Assembly: GCF_006345805.1 (NCBI RefSeq)
Contig: NC_043018.1
Coordinates: 21,080,001-21,144,000, forward strand
DNA length: 64,000 bases
Origin: Octopus sinensis
Taxonomy: Eukaryota
Direction: 5' to 3'
In this document: positions 51,491-60,400 of the stretch, piece after piece
How positions within the stretch are numbered: position 1 is the first letter of the stretch
Layout: each line of letters opens with the position of its first letter
Notes under the pieces: generated by a model
Told to the model about the DNA's origin: nothing
The model's input: only the letters and a program-made list of their open reading frames with translations
The model's database searches: none
Program-made: the position numbers and the translations under genes

Positions 51491-54400
51491 ACACATATGT
51501 CCTGTCAAACTGTCTGATCCATTCTAGTATGGAAAACAGATGTTAAATGACAATGATCCAGTCATTAGCTCTTATGCTTTGTAAATGAATGTAAAATTCT
51601 AAATTTGTAAGCTTCACAATCTTTGGAAAAAGTTTGAATGTTTTGAGCTGCTTCCAAGGAACCAATCAATTAATTCAGATTACAGCTAATGAAACTAGGG
51701 GAAGCAATCAAATAAAAATGACCAGAATTAGCAAACTAGTTGCAATTATTGATTTGCAACTTTGTAAATTAATAGTTTCTTCTAATGAACTTGATTTATT
51801 TATTTATTTATTTATTTATTATTTATTTATTTTTTTTTTCAGATCTATGATTTGTCTTTGGATGCAATTAGCCCTCAGTATTACTTCTTGCTACCAAGTG
51901 GCAAAATTCGTGATTCTACATTTGTGTTTGGTGAAGATGGCTGCACTATGGTACTGATGTCATCGTCAGGCCACATCTACACTCAGATTATGGAAGATGC
52001 AAGCAATGCTCGTCATGGACCCTTTTACATTACCAATATACTTGAAGTGAAACACAGTGACATAAAGGTAGGAACGTTAGAAAATTGACGACGGTCTTGA
52101 GTACGATATCGTTCAATATTGTCAGAACATACATTATTATTACTCATAGGGTACAGCTGTGTGGTTAAGAAGCTTGCTTCCTCACCATGTGGTCTTGGGT
52201 TCAATCCCACTGCACGATACCTAAGCCTTGTGAGTGGATTTGTTAGGTGGAAACTGAAAGAATCCCTTTGTGATATGTATTGTACACCACACATGTTACA
52301 TCTGTCACTAGTGTTGTGGCAGTGTAGATATTCCTATCAATAAAAACTTATCTGGCAAAGTTTCTACAGCTGGTTGGCGTTAGGAAGGGCATCCAGCTGT
52401 AGAAACTTTGCCAGATAAGACCGGAGCCTGGTGCAGCCTTCTGGCTTCCCTGATCCCCGGTCGAACCGTCCAACCCATGCTAGCATGGAGAATGGACGTT
52501 AAACGATGATGATGATGATGATAATGAGATGCAGTAGTAGTTATGGCCTTGAATATGGTGGATATTATTTCTTCTGCTGCACATTTAGGTTAGATTTGTT
52601 CATCCAGGGCAAACTCATCCTATTATTTGTATATGAAGCAAGGGCTGTCACATTATGGAAGTAATGACCATGTAAAGGCCTGCCCTTATGGTTGTTTACC
52701 CTGAGTGTCTTCTATGTCATTAGTCTGTCCATTTTTGCTGCAGCCTCAAGTTTAGATTCTAGATTTATGGAAATCTAATATAATGTTTTTTAAGAATTTT
52801 ATTGTTGCAATGGTAGTTAATTGGTTTCTTATGCATAATCCCAATTAATAGGGGCATATAAAAGCACACAGTACAATCTAAAGTGGGTGTCATTAGGAAG
52901 AGCATCTAGCTGTAGAAATCCTGTCAAAGTAGAGACATTGTAGTCTGACACAGCCCTCTGGCTCATTGGTTCTTATCAAACCACCAACCCATGCCAGCAT
53001 GGAAAATGGGGCATTAAATGATGATGATGATAACACAGCAGGCCCTGTTGCAAAGTTGGGAAGATAGAGGTCACATTGATAACAACTTTTTAAAATTGTT
53101 CCCTGATATTCAGCTGTTCCTCTTACTACCTTCTCTTCTTTGGATGTACAGCTGTTGGATGTCAGACCTAATTAGTGTGTAGTGCTTTATTAGATATTTA
53201 ACATTGTAACGAGTCAAATCAAGGTCTGTATGGTCCAGTTTAATATTGCAGAGCCATGTGTTTTAATGATTGGTCCTGCAAATGTTATAATGGCATGGAA
53301 GGTGTTTCTGCTCTTCAGAGGAGTTTAAAAAATTTTTTAGACTTTGTTTGGCAACCTTACTCGTCACAGGCTTACATGGTGACTTGTCAATTGCTTGAGA
53401 ATTTGTTGCAGACGAAGCAAGAAGTTTTGGATTTTCATAAAATACATAATCTGCCAGGTCTAGTATCTTGTCCAAGTGATGGAGAGTTGGCCAACTTCTG
53501 TCAAATTCTTGCAGTTATTATATTGATTTAGGTATTTATGAAAATAAATCTTCATTATTTGCAGAGAATAACCAAAAGCAAAGTAGTGGTTTTGTGAATA
53601 TTAGGGATGTCAATCAAGAACTCCTTTAAGGAATACCAGAATTTTAGGCTTTGTTTGGCAACCTTACTTGCCAATGACACGAAAAAGAACTCACTACACT
53701 CTGTAAAGTGGCTTGCATTAGTAAAGCCATCTAGCTGAGGCATCCTGCCAAAACAGACCTTGTAACTTGATGCAGTCCTTTGACCTGTTGGATTCTGTTT
53801 AACCATTCAATCCACGCTAGCATGGAATACGGATGATAAAATTAATGTAAATGTGATTGAAGGAAATTAGGATTTATCTATTAAATCTCTGTGAATAAAT
53901 ACAAAGTGTTGTTTATGACTGAATACTATTAAGTTTTGATATGTTAACACTTTTCATTTTCTTTTAAAGGATACAAATGGTCAAATAGCTGGTGGTGGAG
54001 TTTCTGTTTATTATTCCCATGCTTTGCAGTTATTATTCTTCAGTTATTCTCATGGTACGTCCATCTTTTAATCTACAATTATTATTATTAGTACATCTGT
54101 CTTTGTTTATCATGGGGTTTGATTTAAAAAAAACATCTGGAGCTTGGTGCAGCCTCCTGGCTTCCCAGACCCCGGTCGAACCGTCCAACCTATGCTAGCA
54201 TGGAAAACGGACGTTAAACGATGATGATGATTGCAATAAATGAATTATCTCCATGCACTTTATAAATGGAACAATGGTAGATTCACAACCCACAGCAATG
54301 AAGCTTCTACCATTGCATATTTTCCTCATCATCCTCTACCTTTTCTGTGGAGAATACACTCATTTGCATTGTTAGGCCGAGGGGCTTTTCCTTTTTTCCT

Positions 54401-57400
54401 GTTCACTAGTACCATGTTGACAGGGTACAGGTATGTAAATCTGTGTTAAAAATACGCAGACTCCCAGCATTGTGATGTAAACACAGGTGATACCCAGTGC
54501 ATTCTGGGTACCTAAGCATTGTGGGCAGTCCCTGGGGCATGTTTTTGTAGTACAAGCAGAATCTTCAACTGATCATCAACCTGTGTTATCACTATCACAG
54601 GTCAATCCCCGATAAGTGTAACACAGTTCACAATTGAGTGGACCTTGCTATTCTGGATCAGTAATGAATGAATTAGTAATAAACTATTAATTTGTGTTGT
54701 TTTTACATTGACATGTAATGTACTAAATTTTGAGGCCATGATAAGCGACCAACATGTTTGGCAATATGCCATTCTTGAGAAGACCTGTCAAGCCAAGTGA
54801 AATCCTAGTCGTAGCTGATGCTAGTGTCATGTGACTGGCACTCGTGCCAATGGCGTGTAAAAAGCACCCATTTCACTCTTTGAGGGGTTGGCATTAGGAA
54901 GGGCATCCAACTGTAGAAGCCATGCAAAATCAGATTGGAACCTGGTGCAGCTCTCCATCTTACCAGTTTCAGCCAAACTGTCCAACCCATGCCAGCATGG
55001 AAAGCAGACACTAAATGATGATGATTTATTAGTTGTAACTATTTCTCAAAAGTTTGAGTTTTTTTTCCTTCTGAATATATTTTAATTTTTGTTTTAATTT
55101 GATTTTTCAGGAAAAAGCTTTATTGCCTCTGTTGCCAAAGACCTCTCTCAAGTTATCAATCTGTTTCCAATTGTACTAAAAAGGTTTGGATCAAACTTGA
55201 TTTACATTTTTAAATGTTACCATTTCACTATTATTATTTTATTGTATGTTGAAAATTATAACGAGCAACTTAACCCTTTTGCTACCATATTTCTGCAGAG
55301 ATGCTCTGTGTTTCTTTCATTTAATTTTTTAAAATATTACAAAGAATTTAGTAAAATAACTTAGTTATCATTCAGCTAGTGTTAGGAACATAAATTGTGA
55401 CTGAGGTTTGGTGGAAGATTTTAATTCAAAACTTATAAAAAAATGACATTTGTACTACAGAGCCAGAAGCAGTTTCAGCTGGGTTGGTATCAAAAGGGTT
55501 AAGAATTGTTTCTCTATTATATATTTTAACCCTTTTGTTACCATATTTCTGCTGAGATGCTCTGTGTTTCTTTCATTTAATTTTAAATATAACAAAGAAT
55601 TTAGTAAAATAACTTAGTTATCATTAAGCTAGTGTTAGGAACATTAAATTGTGACTGAGGTTTGGTGGAAGATTTTAATTCAGAACTTTTGAAAACAAGA
55701 CATTTGTATTACAGAACCAGAGTCAGTTTCAGCCGGGTTGGTATCAAAAGGGTTAATTGATATTTTAAAAGCTTACTATTTTGCTACTGACGATTCAGAA
55801 CAAGTTGCTGATTACAAATAAACCTTGTGAAAATGCAAATGTATTTGAGAAAGTGATGGTAGGGGTGACAGAATGTTGACAGAATTGTTAGTATCAGATT
55901 ATTTAGCATGCAGTGATTCTTTCAACTCTTTCCACTCTGAGTTCAATTCCTGTCAAGATGACCTTTGCATTTCATTACCCTAAGGTCAATAAGATATTGA
56001 ATTAGTTCTGGAGTTGATGGTATCAACCACCCACTCCTCTTCAAAATTGCTGGCCTCGATATAAATCCTTTTCCTTTTAATTTTCTTGATTCTTATGTTT
56101 TGTGTGTGTGCGTGTGAGAGAGAGAGAGATCATAATTTAACATTCCCTTTTTGATGCTGGCATGGGCTGGATTGTTTGACAGGAACAAGCCAGAGGGTTG
56201 TGTTAGGTTCTATCTCTACTTTGACATAGTTTCTACAACTGGATGCCCTTCCTTATGTCAAACATTTAAGTGTATCAGGGCTTTTTACAAGGCACCAGCA
56301 CTGGTGAGGTCACCAAGTACCTGCAAGATAGGACCCCTTCAAGTGAGTGGATCATAGAATGAAGGGATTAGAAACTGTGATAAAAGCACCAAGAGCAGGG
56401 ATCTTCCTGAAGAGGTGAATACATGGCTTGCTCATCGAGAGAGAGAGAGAAAGAGAGATGTAAGGTCCATGTACAAGGTGAATGACAGACACTAGCATAG
56501 AGGAGCAGAAAAGGTGAATGTGTAGTAGATAAGTGCACTGAGTGTGAATGGTGTGATTGATGATGAGGGATAGGGAATGAGTTGGACGCAGAGTATATCA
56601 GTTCAGCAGAAGGGAAATTGAAGGAGTGAAATAGGGTAACATAAAAGATTGATAGAAGAATTGGCTGTTTGAAGGTGAGTTGTAGGTTAGGGAAAGATTT
56701 GACAGAAATGGTTACCCTACATTATTCTGTAAGGAGCATAGGGCCAATTTCCGTTTCTCTGCCACATATATATATATTTATTTCTCCCTGGGCGTCACTG
56801 AAATATTCATTTTTACCAATCGAGTGGATTCTGCTAATATATATGTGTTTAATTGTTTTTCTTCTTCTTTTTTTTTTTGTAGTAACAGTGGTTCTAATGG
56901 TAGTAGTAAAGGCAGTAACAACAACCAGTCCCTAGTCCAGTGGTCAGAAGTCCCTGGCCACCCTGGTTTGGTTTACTGTATGACCCAAAGTGCAAACAAT
57001 CCAGTCATCCTCATGATCAAGCCAACTTGCATTCTTCTTCAAGAAATTAAAGTACTCCCAGCAAAAGCTAAGGTTTGTTTGATTTGTTAAATAGCTGCAC
57101 TTTATATCATCAAATATTTAAGGTTGTCAATTGTGTTCCATTGTGTAAACATTTCTTGGCTGTGCATTGAAGTCCTAATATGGATTCATTAGTGAGTAAT
57201 TATTTATCAAAGACAGCTGAAAAGGTGGCTGAAAGTATTTTGTTAGGCCTGTCCTTTCATGCCCTACACCCAGCTAAATCTCTTAATCCTATATCCCACC
57301 AAGAGCACATGCAATAATTCTGGGGGGAAAAAAAAGCAAAAGAAAAACACGAGCTGCAACACTTAAACGAAAAAGAACATCTCCCAGCTTTTATCCACTT

Positions 57401-60400
57401 CCTGTTATTCCTGCAAGACCATCATCTGAAAAGTAAAAGAAACCTTTGTACATCACAGTCCATATACTCTCTTGCTCCCAAGCTGCACCTGATATCTTTA
57501 GTAAGCGACCGAAAGGATCTCTACCAATTTTTCCAACTTTCCCATGGCTCTTTCTGCAGTACTCTTGAGGAGGAAGCCCTCACATTTGCTGCTCACTTTT
57601 GCTTCTAGTATGATTTGGCATGGTTTCTGTGGCTGGATGCCCTTCCTAATGCCAACCACTCCAAGAGTGTTGGGGGGGGGGGGCTTTTATGTGCCACTGA
57701 CACAGGTGCTAGTTGTGTGGCACCAGTATCTGCCACAATAGTTGCGTGATTACATAAATTTCAATTAAGAATTTTCAATACAAGAATCAATATTGTGGAA
57801 AATTTTTATGATTACAGACATAGTGACTCATTTAATTGTCATTGATTTTAAATATATTTGAAAATTCAAACTTTTGGCTTTTTTCCTTTTGTTTGTTTTA
57901 CATCATAAAATATAATAATAAAGAATAAAAGCTCTTAAACAGCTTAGTTGAATTATCCTGTCTTCCTCCCCCCTCTCTCTCTCTATTTTATCTTACTTTA
58001 TTAAATTTTGTAGTCGTCTCATAAACTTTCTTTTTATTTCTAGATACAAGACATAGTGGCCATTAGACATCCTGCCTCCAATTCAGATCTGGTAAGATGG
58101 TGATTCTTTTTTGTTTTTATGTTTTCTTAAGAGCTGTTTCGTGTTTTGGCATAGATTTAATATTTTTGGAGTGAAGAAAATAATTTCTATTGGATGTTAT
58201 ATTATTTAATAATAATGACACGTGTGGATTAATGTTTTAAGTCATTTGTTTACTTTCAGCAACGTACAACAATGATTTTGTTGTGTGAAGACGGTAGTTT
58301 GCGTATATACATGGCAAATATAGAGAACACCAAATATTGGCTGTCTCCATATTTACAACCTCAAAACCCAATAGCTGCTCTTAGACCAACAAAAAAGAAA
58401 ATCTGTAAATCAGGTAATTTATTATCATTATTATTATTATTATTATTGTTATTGTTGAACAAGGAACTTTTGTAAAAATTGTTTCACAATGAATTTCATT
58501 TGGACATTATTTTCAATTTGATATTTATTTTAATTGATTCGCCTGACTTATTGTCATTCCTGTGGGTCAGTCAGGGATTATGGACCATAGTAGAGAGGTC
58601 AGCTTGTCCACAAGTTTTAAAAGACAATACCAGCTACCAGTGTATTATTACCATGTCAAGAAATTGTGGCTCAGTATATATATACACTTGCGTCAGAAAT
58701 TAATTAGCACTTCTCAAATTTCTACATTAAATAGGTTAAATCAATTAACCTATGAGCTGTTCAAAACGTCTTATGCGATGAGAAAACTTAGTATGGTGTG
58801 ATTTCGGTCCTTGCGAGGCGCTACCTATATCTATTAAACAAAGGAAGATTTGTCCGCATCCGCACTCCAAGTTGTTGTTGCACTGCTATGTCAACATCAT
58901 AAGGCTGTAGACTCTCAAACTGCTCTGCAAACAAAGTTACGTCATCGTTCTGTGCAAATAGTGAACTCGCAACAAAGCAATAGTTCGAGATATGGCCACT
59001 AGGTGACAGCACATACCTTGAGTGAAGAGCAAATCAAGGGTGCTAATTAATTTCTGACGGTAGTGTATGTTCTTATCTTTTTAGCATTCAGATTACTTTA
59101 TCAAATGTAATGCTTATTTCTTCACATTGTTTTGAATTAATTGTGCATTACAGGGTAGCAGTGCTTAGCAATGGTGTGTATAAATACAAGGTTATTACCT
59201 GTTCAAATATCGTTGGGGCATATCTGAACCTGGAAGACAGCCATTCACTGTTTTGTCATGGAGAAACAAACAAATGGTGTAAAGACACCATAATGAGCTT
59301 GCAACACCATCTTCCTAGGTTGTGGGATGCAAGCATTTCAAAGTGCTTATCTTGTAGCTTTGAGATTTCAATGATAAGTATGGCCTTATAAATTAGGTGT
59401 GAGAGACTGAATCTGGCTGGTTTGGACATAAAAGATGGAGAATATTTGGGCCACATATAGCCAGTTTAAATGCAAACGAGTTAATTAATTTTTGCATTTC
59501 ATTCTTGCAGTGTGTAAATACCGGGAATGTTATGGTATTTATACATTTTGCAGAGAAAACATTTATGATTTTTGATAATTCATCTGTTCAGCTAAGTGAC
59601 CACTAACTTGTTAGTAATGAGGGTAAAATATACAATCAAGGTATGATTGTAGCTTGCAAGAGATTAAACCAAAGGAGTTATCTGGACAATGTTCTTCTGA
59701 TAGTGATGAAAGACATGAAGACCTAGAACTCTTGTCACTTCAACAACCACCTCCAGTTTGCTATATTCAGTTTAGCAGCTTCATGGAAGACATTGAAGAC
59801 AGTCACTCTGGCCTATGTGAATGCTTGGTATGACACTTCTGTTGGCTGTGGAAGGAGAACATGGTTTTGGAGGATGTCATAATGAAACTGATGCACAGAA
59901 ATAAATTGACCTGTGAAATCAACAACACAGTTGAGATACTATCATAAAATGATGTTTAGAAAGTAGCCAATGGGAATGATAACCATATGAGGAAGAATTA
60001 GCTTACTTGAATGTATATCACACCAGGTTGAAATGGAGGTGGGGTGGGGGTAGAGAAAAGAAAAATCACTTGAAAGACCCATTTGTATGAGACTTTAGTC
60101 ACAAGTAGCTTAAGTAAAAAATATTCACTTTATTGTGTATGGGGTATTTTTATACTTTTCTTTACAAACTATAACAGTTGATGTGCTTTTTTTTTTTTTT
60201 TTTTTTTTGAGATAATCTGAAAATGGAGTTAGACAATTATTTAATTCCCCGTTTCTTTTTATTTTTTTTATTTTTTAGGACGGCCATCAGGATCTGTGAA
60301 TTTTCCCATTGATTTCTTTGAACACTGTCAGTCAACAAACGATATAGAGGTTTCTATTTGTTATATTTGTCCTTCGTTTATCTATTGGAAAGCCTGTTTT

